From: Planctomycetota bacterium
GTDB lineage: Bacteria > Planctomycetota > UBA1135 > UBA2386
Direction of reading: 5' to 3'
Assembly (NCBI GenBank): GCA_046290465.1
Contig: JBKAGP010000001.1
Span: 3,168,001 to 3,232,000, forward strand
Length of the DNA: 64,000 bases
Of this stretch, positions 29,321 through 38,337 are shown one piece after another. The stretch's first letter is position 1; each line of letters opens with the position of its first letter. The notes below the pieces were generated by a model, which saw only the letters and a list, made by a program, of their open reading frames with translations, had not been told where the DNA came from and searched no databases. The position numbers were made by a program, and so were the translations under genes.

Positions 29321-29336
29321 TTTAGTTACTACTCAA
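29321..29336 (+). promoter_or_regulatory. Putative ArsR-family operator (imperfect palindrome)
   Basis: TTTAGT-TACT-ACTCAA (one mismatch) in a rare AT-rich patch just before the ArsR start codon. Confidence 0.45.
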
Positions 29337-29340
29337 CCTT

Positions 29341-29673
29341 GTGACGACGACCCTGATCAAGACGCTGCACAACCCGCGCCGCCGCGAGATCCTGCGGCTG
29401 TGCTGGCAGCAGCCGATCCAGGCGAGCGCCATCCACGAGGCGCTCGGCGACGTCACGTTCGGCGCGGTGTCGCAGCACCTCAAGCAGCTGCGCGACGCCG
29501 GCCTCGTCGACGTGCAGCGCGACGGCCGGCGGCGGCTGTATCGCGCGCGGCGCACCGCCCTGGGACCGTTCCGCCGGTGGCTGGAGTCCACCTGGGACGA
29601 CGCCCTCTACCGCCTCAAGCTCGCCGCCGAGCTCGAAGCCTCCCGCCGCGGCCCCGCCGCCTCGACGCCGTGA
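29341..29673 (+). CDS. ArsR/SmtB-family transcriptional regulator
   Basis: LHNPRRREILRL...AVSQHLKQLRDAGLV..RDGRRRLY. Confidence 0.9.
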   Translation: MTTTLIKTLHNPRRREILRLCWQQPIQASAIHEALGDVTFGAVSQHLKQLRDAGLVDVQRDGRRRLYRARRTALGPFRRWLESTWDDALYRLKLAAELEASRRGPAASTP

Positions 29674-30431
29674 CCTACCCCCACTCCCTCGATCGTTCTC
29701 TGGTGATCTGCGCGCCGCGCGACGTCGTGTTCCGCTACTTCGTCGACAGCGAACGGTTCGCCACTTGGTGGGGCGCGGGCTCGACGATCGACGCCAAGGT
29801 CGGCGGCGACGTGCGCATCGTCTATCCCAACCAGGTCGTCGTCACCGGCAGCGTGCAGCAGCTCGAACCCGATCGCCGCATCGTGTTCACCTACGGCTAC
29901 CAGGACGAGGGCAAGCCGATCGCGCCCGGCGACTCGCTGGTCACGATCGAGCTCGAGGACCACGTCGACGGCACGCTGCTGAAGCTGCGTCACGACCTGC
30001 GCGAACAGGTCGCGCGGGACCAGCACGTGCCCGGCTGGCGCTTCCAGCTGGCGCAGTTCGCCAACGTCGTCGGCAGAGAGCAGCAGGCCGATGCCAACGC
30101 GCACGCCGACGCCTGGTTCGAAGCGTGGTTCGAGACCGACCCCGAGCGCCGCGCCGAACTGCTGCGATCGTGCGCCAGCGACGACGTGACGATGCAGGAC
30201 GGCTATGCGGCCGTGCAGGGTCGCGACGAGCTGAGCGAACACATCGCCGCGTGCCAGCAGCACATGTCGAGCGCGTGCATGCGTCGCGACGGCGACGTGC
30301 GGGCGTGCCAGGGCACCGGGCTGTGCAACTGGGAGGCGCTGGACGCGGACGGGAACAAGACCAGCGGCGGCGTCAACGTGCTCCGGTTCGCGCCCGACGG
30401 GCGGATCCGCGGCGTCGTCGGCATCTGGTGA
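29670..30431 (+). CDS. SRPBCC (AHSA1-like) domain + SnoaL-like domain protein
   Basis: GTGA overlap with ArsR. Motifs APRDVVFRYF..WWG..RIVFTYG..VTIELE..GTLLKLRH..GW, then an NTF2-like tail (GRDEL..DGRI). ArsR-SRPBCC pairing is common. Confidence 0.85.
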   Translation: MTYPHSLDRSLVICAPRDVVFRYFVDSERFATWWGAGSTIDAKVGGDVRIVYPNQVVVTGSVQQLEPDRRIVFTYGYQDEGKPIAPGDSLVTIELEDHVDGTLLKLRHDLREQVARDQHVPGWRFQLAQFANVVGREQQADANAHADAWFEAWFETDPERRAELLRSCASDDVTMQDGYAAVQGRDELSEHIAACQQHMSSACMRRDGDVRACQGTGLCNWEALDADGNKTSGGVNVLRFAPDGRIRGVVGIW

Positions 30432-32483
30432 TCAGAGGTCGTCGCGGGCCACCACCGGCATGCGCTCCGACCAGCCTCGATACAGCGCCCGGAACGCCTC
30501 GTCGGCGAACAGCGCGGCCAGCGACGCCGGCGGCCTTGCGAGCGGCTCGAGCCGCTTGCCGAACATGACGAAGCGCTCGTAGGCGCGGCGCGCCTCGGCC
30601 AGTTCGCCGGCCGTGCTGTAGCAGCGGGCGACGTCGCGCCAGACGCGTGCCTTCTCGACGGCGTCGGCTGCGTGCGGCACCGCCGCGAGGAACAGCGCCG
30701 CCGCGTCGCTGCAGACCCCGCCTCCCTGCGGCTTGTCGGGATCGCAGATGCCCTGGTCGCACGCGTGGTAGTGGCCGTACATCTCGAGGCGGCGTTCGCC
30801 GCGACGGCGCCAGGTCTGATAGCGCCGGGCGTCCTCCTGCTGCCGGTCGACCGGCGCCACCTCGAAGAAGAACCCGACGCTGCGCGGCCGGAACAGCACG
30901 CAGTAGCGCACGCGGCCGGGCTCGTCGCCGTGCACGGGCACCTCGGTCACCGCGACCGGCGCGTCCTGCTCGGGCCGACGGGACAGCTTGACCTGTTCGT
31001 CGAACTGCACCAGCACGCGGCCGCCGCGGCCGCCGCGTTCGCCGAGGCCGAGCACGATGCCGGCGCGCAACCGGCCGGGATCGACGTCGCGGTAGTGGTC
31101 GTCCGGCATCACCGAGCGCTCCCTGGGCGGCGGCCGCAGCCACTCGAACGACTGGCCGACGTGCGCGCTGAGCACGTCCGGCGTGCGGTCGTGGTCGGCG
31201 TCGAGCAGCACCTGGTCGCGGTAGCGTTCGCGCATCGGGTGCACGCCGTCGGTCTTCGGCCACGACGGGCGGTAGTCGACCACGGGCACCAGCGCATCCG
31301 GCGTCGCATAGTCGTGGACCAGCCAGCCGCGCCCGCTGGTCGTGTGGAGCGAGAGCACCGCGTCGTAGCGACCCTGCGTGCGGACCGTGAACCCCATCTC
31401 GTCGAGCGCCGCGCGCGCGGTGTTCGCGAAGCGGCGCTCCTTGGCCGTGGCCTGCAGCGCGAACGGAAACCAGTAGCGCAGGTCGGCGATCGGCACGGCG
31501 CGGCCGCGACCGAGCTCCTGCTGGAACTGCAGCTGATCGTCCGCGATGCGCCCCGGAAACACGTGCGCCGACAGCACGCCGGTCAGCACCACCTTGTCGT
31601 CGATCCCGTCGGCGTTGGCATCGAAGTCCTCGGTGCCGAGCACCGCGTGGCGCTCCGCCGACTGGTGTTCGCAGCCGGCCGGCGAGGCCACGAAGTTCAT
31701 TGGCTGGTTGAGGCCGAGGCGGCGCGGGCCCGGCGCGACCTGGCGCACGTCGGCGAGCACGCCGCCGTCGCGCAACTGCAGCTCGAACGTCACGTCCTGC
31801 CGCTCGCGGTCGTTCTCGTCGGTCATCCGGCCGAAGATGCGGGCGGCGCCGCCGGCGGTCGCCGCTTCGACCCCGGTGATCGTGTAGGGCAGGTTGTCGA
31901 CGCCGCGCACCCGCGACAGCCGCCGCGGCAGGTAGGACCCGAGCGCGATCGGCTTGCCGGTGAAGTCACCCCCCTTGTTGAGCGGCAGCAGGAACAGGTA
32001 CGGCGGCCGCGCGGTCGGTAGCACCACCGCGCGGCGCCCCGACCCGTCGTCGTCGAGCACCCAAGGAGTCAGCGGATTGTGTCCGCTGATGCCGCGGCTG
32101 CGCGACGTGCCGGCACGCCAGCCCCTGTCGACGTTGTGGTGCACGCGCACGCTCTCCTTGCCGGTGCCGTGTTCGGACGCGACGTAGTCGAGCGCGCCGT
32201 CGCCGTCGACGTCGACGAAGCAGCCGCCGCGGTGCTCGAGGTTGGAGATCACCGCGACCAGGCGCAGCTCGGAGCCCGACTCGGCCAGTGCCGCGACGAC
32301 CTTCTCGGCGTCGGCGACGGTGCGCTTGGACGCGTAGAGAAGATCCCGAGCCAGGGTCTGGTCAGCCAGATCTTGGTCAGCCAGATCTTGGTCAGGTCGG
32401 GTCTGGTCAGGCTGGTCCTGCGCGTGTGCGGTGGGCAGCACGCAGGCCGCGAAGATCAGGGCGCGGAGGGCATGCACGGGCAT
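30432..32483 (-). CDS. Secreted FG-GAP/VCBS-like repeat protein with C-terminal TPR-like helices
   Basis: Signal peptide MPVHALRALIFAACVLPTAHAQ. Motifs DVDGDGALD, DANADGIDD and DADHDRTPD. Confidence 0.65.
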   Translation of the reverse strand: MPVHALRALIFAACVLPTAHAQDQPDQTRPDQDLADQDLADQTLARDLLYASKRTVADAEKVVAALAESGSELRLVAVISNLEHRGGCFVDVDGDGALDYVASEHGTGKESVRVHHNVDRGWRAGTSRSRGISGHNPLTPWVLDDDGSGRRAVVLPTARPPYLFLLPLNKGGDFTGKPIALGSYLPRRLSRVRGVDNLPYTITGVEAATAGGAARIFGRMTDENDRERQDVTFELQLRDGGVLADVRQVAPGPRRLGLNQPMNFVASPAGCEHQSAERHAVLGTEDFDANADGIDDKVVLTGVLSAHVFPGRIADDQLQFQQELGRGRAVPIADLRYWFPFALQATAKERRFANTARAALDEMGFTVRTQGRYDAVLSLHTTSGRGWLVHDYATPDALVPVVDYRPSWPKTDGVHPMRERYRDQVLLDADHDRTPDVLSAHVGQSFEWLRPPPRERSVMPDDHYRDVDPGRLRAGIVLGLGERGGRGGRVLVQFDEQVKLSRRPEQDAPVAVTEVPVHGDEPGRVRYCVLFRPRSVGFFFEVAPVDRQQEDARRYQTWRRRGERRLEMYGHYHACDQGICDPDKPQGGGVCSDAAALFLAAVPHAADAVEKARVWRDVARCYSTAGELAEARRAYERFVMFGKRLEPLARPPASLAALFADEAFRALYRGWSERMPVVARDDL

Positions 32484-32565
32484 CAAACTACCACTCTGAC
32501 CGCCGAACGGGCGCGGCGTCAGGTCCGATGGGAATACCTCCGACGTCCGCAGCGTCCGAGCGGCC

Positions 32566-32994
32566 ATGAGAGTCACCCTGAGTCTGGCCTCGCTGGCCAT
32601 GGCCGCGCTGGCGTGCACCGCCGCGCGAACGAATCCCGCCGAAGGTCTGGTCGGCATGGAGCTGGCCGTCCTGCGCGAACGCCTCGGGCCGCCGGTGGAG
32701 TTCCGGGCCGGCAGCGGCACGATGCAGCTCGGCTACGCGACCGCGAGCGGCGAGGTGTTCGAGGACGCCGTGCTGGTGATCGGCGACAAGGTCGTGCAGG
32801 CCCGCGACGACCTGGTGCCCAACCCCGCCGCCGGGCTGGCCGACGAACTGACGCTGATGCCGGTGCAGCACGCCGTCGAACGGCTCGGCCCGATCCGACG
32901 GGTGCTGCACGGCAGGCTGTCGACGAAGCTGCGCTTCGACGGATGGACCGCGACGGTCGTCGACGACCTCGTGATCGGCCTGGCAAAGTCCTGA
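32566..32994 (+). CDS. Small lipoprotein with internal duplication (ERLGP x2)
   Basis: Lipobox ALAC. Two ERLGP-led units resemble SmpA/OmlA/BLIP-like repeats. Confidence 0.6.
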   Translation: MRVTLSLASLAMAALACTAARTNPAEGLVGMELAVLRERLGPPVEFRAGSGTMQLGYATASGEVFEDAVLVIGDKVVQARDDLVPNPAAGLADELTLMPVQHAVERLGPIRRVLHGRLSTKLRFDGWTATVVDDLVIGLAKS

Positions 32995-33033
32995 TCGTCG
33001 CGGCAGAGCGAGCGCGTATGCTCGCCGCCGCCG

Positions 33034-34182
33034 ATGTTCGACCGCTTCTCCGAGAACGCCAAGAAGGCGATGACGCTGGCGCGCGGCGCGGCAGTCCGGA
33101 AGCGCAGCGGTTGCCTCGACGCCGAACACGTGCTGATCGGCCTGCTCGAACTCGAGGGCAGCAACGCGCGTCGCGTGCTCGAGGACCTCGACGTCGACGT
33201 CGCGTCGCTGCACGAGGCGCTCGAGACGCTGCTGCCGGCCGGCACCCACACCGACGACGGCCCGCTGCCGTTCACGCCGACGATCAAGAACGTGCTGCAG
33301 CTGGCGATGGCCGACGCGGCGCGCCGCCGCCACAACCACATCGGCAGCCAGCACGTGCTGATGGGCATCGTGCGCGACGCCGACAACGACGCCGCCCGCA
33401 TCCTCGCACGCGTCGGCGCCGACGAACCGACCCTCGACCGAGCCATGACCGATTCCGTCCCGATGTCCGAACGTTCTCGCCTGCAGCTGCTGCTGATCAG
33501 CAACTCGACGATGCACGGCGGTGGCTACCTCGAGCACTGCAAGGCCGAGATCGAGCAGTTCCTGGGTGCACGCAAGAAGGTGCTGTTCGTGCCGTTCGCC
33601 CTGCACGACCACGACGGCTACGCCGAGAAGGCGCGGCGATCGTTCACCGCGATGGGCCACGAGCTGGTCTCGGTGCACACCTACGACGACAAGGTCAAGG
33701 CGCTCGACGACGGCGACGCGGTGTTCATCGGCGGCGGCAATACGTTCCGCCTGCTGAGCGCGCTGCACCACCACGGTCTGCTCGACGCGATCCGCAGGCG
33801 CGCGCTCGCCGGCATGCCCTACATGGGCAGCAGCGCCGGCACCAACGTCGCGACGCTGTCGATCCGCACCACCAACGACATGCCGATCGTGCAGCCGCCG
33901 TCGTTCGCCGCGCTGCAGCTGGTGCCGTTCCAGATCAACCCGCACTACCTCGATCCCGACCCGGGCAGCTCGCACATGGGCGAGACCCGCGAGGAGCGCA
34001 TCCTGCAGTTCCACGAAGAGCACGACGTGCCGGTGCTCGGCCTGCGCGAGGGCTGCATGCTGCGGGTCGACGGCGCCGCGATGACGCTGCGCGGCACGAC
34101 CGGAGCTCGGCTGTTCCGGCGCGGGACGCCGCCCGAGGAGTTCACGCCGCCGTGCGACCTGTCGTTGCTGCTCGAAGACTGA
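33034..34182 (+). CDS. pepE: Clp N-terminal (repeat) domain fused to dipeptidase E (peptidase S51)
   Basis: MFDRFSENAKKAM..AEHVLIGLL..PFTP..IGSQHVLMGI (two Clp-N repeats), then LLLISNST, IGGGNTF, GSSAG, INPHY and HMGETREERI (PepE). Confidence 0.88.
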   Translation: MFDRFSENAKKAMTLARGAAVRKRSGCLDAEHVLIGLLELEGSNARRVLEDLDVDVASLHEALETLLPAGTHTDDGPLPFTPTIKNVLQLAMADAARRRHNHIGSQHVLMGIVRDADNDAARILARVGADEPTLDRAMTDSVPMSERSRLQLLLISNSTMHGGGYLEHCKAEIEQFLGARKKVLFVPFALHDHDGYAEKARRSFTAMGHELVSVHTYDDKVKALDDGDAVFIGGGNTFRLLSALHHHGLLDAIRRRALAGMPYMGSSAGTNVATLSIRTTNDMPIVQPPSFAALQLVPFQINPHYLDPDPGSSHMGETREERILQFHEEHDVPVLGLREGCMLRVDGAAMTLRGTTGARLFRRGTPPEEFTPPCDLSLLLED

Positions 34183-34209
34183 CCACCCCCACCCGACGAG
34201 ACCTCCACC

Positions 34210-35853
34210 ATGCGAACCCGAATCCACGTCACGCTGGCCACGCTGGCGCTCCTGTGCGCCTGCGGCGGCGCCGAACCCAAGGTCACGACCGGCGACCACG
34301 ATCCGCAACAGGCCGAACAGCTGATCACCGAGCAGGTCCTGCGTGAGCACGTCACCTACCTGAGCAGCGACGAGCTCGAGGGCCGCGGGGTCGGCACCGA
34401 CGGCGACCGCAAGGCCCGCAAGTACATCGCCGACGAGCTGAAGAAGGTCGGCTGCGTGCCCGGAGCGGCCGACGGCAGCTGGGAGCAGCCGGTGCCGATC
34501 CTCGGCATCCAGTCCAACGTCACCACGCCGCTGAAGGCGACCGGCAAGGACGGCGAGGCCTCGTTCGAGGCGCCGATCGACTACACCGCGGTCGCCGGCA
34601 GCCCCGACGCGAGCGCGGCCTGGCAAGGCGCCGAACTGGTGTTCGTCGGCTACGGCATCGATGCGCCCGAGCAGGACTGGGACGACTACGGCGACGTCGA
34701 CGTCGCGGGCAAGGTGCTGCTGGTCATGAACAACGACCCGGCCGACGACCCCGAGCGCTTCGCCGGCAAGACCCGGCTCTACTACGGCCGCTGGAGCTAC
34801 AAGTACGAGGAGGCTGCGCGGCGCGGCGCGATCGGCTGCATCGTGATCCACACCAACCCGTCGGCGGGCTACCCGTTCCAGGTGATCCAGGCGAGCCACG
34901 GGCGTGAGAACTTCTGGCTGCCGTTTCCCGACGGCACGCCGACGCTCGCGGTGCGTTCGTGGTGCTCCGAGGACGCCGCCCGCAAGATGTGCCAGCTCGG
35001 CGGCCACGACCTCGACCAGCTGCGCGCCCGCGCCGAACGCGGCAACCAGCCGCCGGTGCCGCTCGGCGTCAAGGTCGACCTGGCGATCGAGAACGAGGTG
35101 CGCGAGATGCAGTCGGCGAACGTGCTCGGGGTGCTGCCGGGCACCGACGCGGACAAGCGCGACGAGTACGTCGTGCTGACCGCGCACTTCGACCACCTCG
35201 GCGTCGGCAAGCCGCGCGGCGACGACGCGATCTACAACGGCGCCGTCGACAACGCATCCGGCTGTGCGGGCCTGCTGGCGCTGGCGCGCGCCGCCGCCTC
35301 GCTGAAGGAGCGGCGACGCAGCATGCTGTTCCTGGCGGTCACCGCCGAGGAGTCGGGCCTGCTCGGCTCGAAGTTCTATGCGCAGAACCCGACCGTCGAT
35401 CGCAAGAAGCTGGTCGCCAACGTCAACGTCGACGGCCTCAACGTCTGGGGCGAGACCAAGGACATCGAGTTCGTCGGCTACGGCAAGAACAGCCTCAGCG
35501 ACGTCGCCGCCGAGATCGCCGAGGCGCGCGGCCGTTCGATCAAGCCCGACAGCCACCCGGACCGCGGCTACTTCTACCGCAGCGACCACTTCAACTTCGC
35601 GCGCATCGGCGTGCCGGCGGCCTACTTCAAGGCCGGCTCCGAGTTCCTCGATCGCCCGGCCGACCGCAAGCGCATGAAGGCCAGCTACACGACCGTGCAC
35701 TACCACCAGCCGACCGACGAACTGGCCAAGTGGTGGAACTTCAAGGGCGCCGTAGGCGACATGCAGGTGCTGTTCCAGCTGCTGGTCCGGACGGCGAACG
35801 ACGAGGGTGTCCCAAGCTGGTCGCCGGGCGACGAGTTCGAGAAGCTCCGTTAG
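34210..35853 (+). CDS. M28-family metallopeptidase lipoprotein with PA domain
   Basis: Lipobox LCAC. Motifs LSSDELEGR, TAHFDHLG, NGAVDNASG, TAEESGLLGS, RSDH and YHQPTD. Confidence 0.93.
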   Translation: MRTRIHVTLATLALLCACGGAEPKVTTGDHDPQQAEQLITEQVLREHVTYLSSDELEGRGVGTDGDRKARKYIADELKKVGCVPGAADGSWEQPVPILGIQSNVTTPLKATGKDGEASFEAPIDYTAVAGSPDASAAWQGAELVFVGYGIDAPEQDWDDYGDVDVAGKVLLVMNNDPADDPERFAGKTRLYYGRWSYKYEEAARRGAIGCIVIHTNPSAGYPFQVIQASHGRENFWLPFPDGTPTLAVRSWCSEDAARKMCQLGGHDLDQLRARAERGNQPPVPLGVKVDLAIENEVREMQSANVLGVLPGTDADKRDEYVVLTAHFDHLGVGKPRGDDAIYNGAVDNASGCAGLLALARAAASLKERRRSMLFLAVTAEESGLLGSKFYAQNPTVDRKKLVANVNVDGLNVWGETKDIEFVGYGKNSLSDVAAEIAEARGRSIKPDSHPDRGYFYRSDHFNFARIGVPAAYFKAGSEFLDRPADRKRMKASYTTVHYHQPTDELAKWWNFKGAVGDMQVLFQLLVRTANDEGVPSWSPGDEFEKLR

Positions 35854-35891
35854 GTTTGCGTGGGTCTCGTCCTTTCCCTCGGAGATCCACC

Positions 35892-37058
35892 ATGCAACGA
35901 ACCACCCTCCTCGCGCTGTCGAGCAGCGCGCTCACTGCGCTGTGCTCGGCGCAGACCGCCAGCTTCACCGCCACCGAACTGGCGCCGCTCGTCTTCCAGT
36001 TCACGGACACGTCCACAGGCGGCACGCCGACCGCGTGGGCCTGGGACTTCGACGGCGACGGCAACCCCGACGACACCAACCAGAACCCGGTCTGGGTGTT
36101 CCAGGAAGGCGGCGGCTACCCGGTCACGCTGACCGTGACGTTCGCGTCGTCGACCGCGACGACAACGCAGGAGGTGTTCCCCAACGCGATCACGCTGCCG
36201 CCGTTCGGCAGCACGTTCTCGTCGGGCGCGCTGACCCGCGGCTACTGGTTCCAGACGCCGGAGCGGTTCTCGATCATCAGCCTGCAGGTACCGGACGAGT
36301 CGGCACACGGCACGCAGAACGTCGCGGTGTATCGGATGTCTAGCCCGCCGCCGGTCTTCTCCGCCAACGCCACCGGCGGCCTCGAGTTCTTCGAGGCCGG
36401 CACGCCGTCGAACGTCAAGATCCCGTGCGTCGTCAGCTACGACGTCGGGGAATACGTCGGCGTGCTCGGCGCCTGCGGCGACGCCACCACGATGCGCAAT
36501 TCGTATTGCAACGCGACCCAGGCGCAGCCCGGCGAACTGCTCGGCGTGCCGATCCAGCTGTCGCGCTTCCTGACGCAGACCAACATCGTCACCAACAACG
36601 GCATGGGCGCCTACTCGACCGAGGTCAACGGCTACGTGACGCGGATCTACACCGAGGTCACGCCGTGCGTCGGCATCCCCTACGGCGACGGCAGCCCGAG
36701 CTCGCAGGCGCCGGCCCCGGTACTCTCGACCACGGCCCTGCCGTTCCTCGGCCAGACGGCCGAGTTGACCGTCGAGAACAGTGACACCGCGGCGCTCGGC
36801 ATCGTGGCGGTCGGCATCGGCCGCGCCAACGTGCCGTCGCCGCTCGGGACCGTGCTGATCGGCAGCATCGACGGCTCGGTCGCGCTCAACAACGGCGCGC
36901 TGATGAACCCCGGCAGCTACACGTTCCAGTGGGCCATCCCGAACAACCCCGCGCTGCAGGGCTTCGGCCCGGTCAACTGGCAGGCGGCCAGCCTGGTCAC
37001 CGGCACCGGCGAGTTCGCGCTGTCCAACGGCAACGAGTGGTGGCTGTCGGCGCAGTAG
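35892..37058 (+). CDS. Secreted PKD-domain protein, paralogue 1
   Basis: GGAG RBS and signal peptide. PKD motif FTDTSTGGTPTAWAWDFDGDG..NPVW..YPVTLTV. Conserved C-terminal domain. Confidence 0.85.
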   Translation: MQRTTLLALSSSALTALCSAQTASFTATELAPLVFQFTDTSTGGTPTAWAWDFDGDGNPDDTNQNPVWVFQEGGGYPVTLTVTFASSTATTTQEVFPNAITLPPFGSTFSSGALTRGYWFQTPERFSIISLQVPDESAHGTQNVAVYRMSSPPPVFSANATGGLEFFEAGTPSNVKIPCVVSYDVGEYVGVLGACGDATTMRNSYCNATQAQPGELLGVPIQLSRFLTQTNIVTNNGMGAYSTEVNGYVTRIYTEVTPCVGIPYGDGSPSSQAPAPVLSTTALPFLGQTAELTVENSDTAALGIVAVGIGRANVPSPLGTVLIGSIDGSVALNNGALMNPGSYTFQWAIPNNPALQGFGPVNWQAASLVTGTGEFALSNGNEWWLSAQ

Positions 37059-37083
37059 CGCCGTCGACCTGAAGAGCCCGCCC

Positions 37084-38277
37084 ATGCCCCGCCTGCTGCC
37101 CTGCCCGCGGCCCCGCCTGCTGGCCCACCCGCTGCCGCCCGTGACCGCGTGCCTGCTGCTCTGCGCAGCGGGCGTCGCCCAGACCGCCAGCTTCACCTAC
37201 CAGGAACTGGCGCAGCACGTCTACCAGTTCACCGACACCTCGTCGGGCGCGACCGCGACCGCGTGGGCGTGGGACTTCGACGACGACGGCATCGCCGACG
37301 ACACCAACCAGAACCCGGTCTGGGCGTTCCCCGGTGCCGGGGTCTATCCAGTGACGCTGACGACGACGTTCGGCGCGACGACCGCGAGCGTCACCGAGAC
37401 GCTGTTCGTCGACCACATCCAGATGTCGCCGTTCACCAACACCTACACGTCGTCGAGCCAGACGCGCGGCTACTGGTTCCAGGCGCCGCTGCGGTTCTCG
37501 ATCGTCGCGCTGTCGGTGCCCGACGAGAGCCAGCACGGCCTGCAGAACGTCGCCGTCTACCGCATGGACGGCGCACCGCCGATCTACACCGCGAGCACGA
37601 CCGGCGGGCTGGCGTTCTTCGAGGCGGGCGTGCAGACCGGCTCGCAGATCCCGTGCGTGATCAGCTTCGATGCCGGCGAATACGTCGGCGTGCTCGGCGC
37701 GTGCGGCGACGCGACCACGATGCGCAACTCGTATGGCGCACCGCTCAACGCCGACATCCTCGGCGTGCAGGCCCAACTGACCCGCTTCCTCACCCAGACC
37801 AACATCGTCAGCAACGGCGGCACCGGCCCCTACTCGCAGACGACCGGTGGTCCGATCGCGCGGGTCTACGCACAGGTGACGCCGTGTGCGGGCATCCCGT
37901 ACGGCGACGGCAGCCCGAGTTCGCAGGCGGCGGCGCCGCGACTGGCGACCACGGCGCTGCCGTTCCTTGGCCAGACCGGCGAGCTGACCGTCGACAACTT
38001 CGAACCGGGCGTGCTCGGCATCCTGGCGGTCGGCATCGGCCGCGCCAACGCGCCGTCACCGATCGGCACCGTGCTGCTCGCCACCGTCGACGGCTCGGTC
38101 ACGCTCAACAACGGCGCACCGATGAACGCCGGCAGCTACACCTTCCAGTGGCCGATCCCGAACAACCCCGCGCTGCAGGGCTTCGGCCCGGTCAACTGGC
38201 AGGCCCTGACGCTCAACCCGACCTCGGGCGAGTTCGCGCTGTCCAACGGCAACGAGTGGTGGCTCTCGACCCCGTAG
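37084..38277 (+). CDS. Secreted PKD-domain protein, paralogue 2
   Basis: Collinear with 35892-37058 over its whole length (TRGYWFQ, GEYVGVLGACGDATTMRNSY, IPNNPALQGFGPVNWQA, ALSNGNEWWLS). Confidence 0.85.
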   Translation: MPRLLPCPRPRLLAHPLPPVTACLLLCAAGVAQTASFTYQELAQHVYQFTDTSSGATATAWAWDFDDDGIADDTNQNPVWAFPGAGVYPVTLTTTFGATTASVTETLFVDHIQMSPFTNTYTSSSQTRGYWFQAPLRFSIVALSVPDESQHGLQNVAVYRMDGAPPIYTASTTGGLAFFEAGVQTGSQIPCVISFDAGEYVGVLGACGDATTMRNSYGAPLNADILGVQAQLTRFLTQTNIVSNGGTGPYSQTTGGPIARVYAQVTPCAGIPYGDGSPSSQAAAPRLATTALPFLGQTGELTVDNFEPGVLGILAVGIGRANAPSPIGTVLLATVDGSVTLNNGAPMNAGSYTFQWPIPNNPALQGFGPVNWQALTLNPTSGEFALSNGNEWWLSTP

Positions 38278-38337
38278 GTCGAAGACCGCTCGGGGCCCCC
38301 GGCCGGCTTCGAAACCGGGCCGAGAGCCACCCCCCGA

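Noticed and set aside
27177..30431. The 1084-aa ORF as one evolved multidomain protein
   Set aside because: Its middle translates a repeat element, a promoter and the off-frame ArsR gene. The SRPBCC part has its own GTGA-coupled start.
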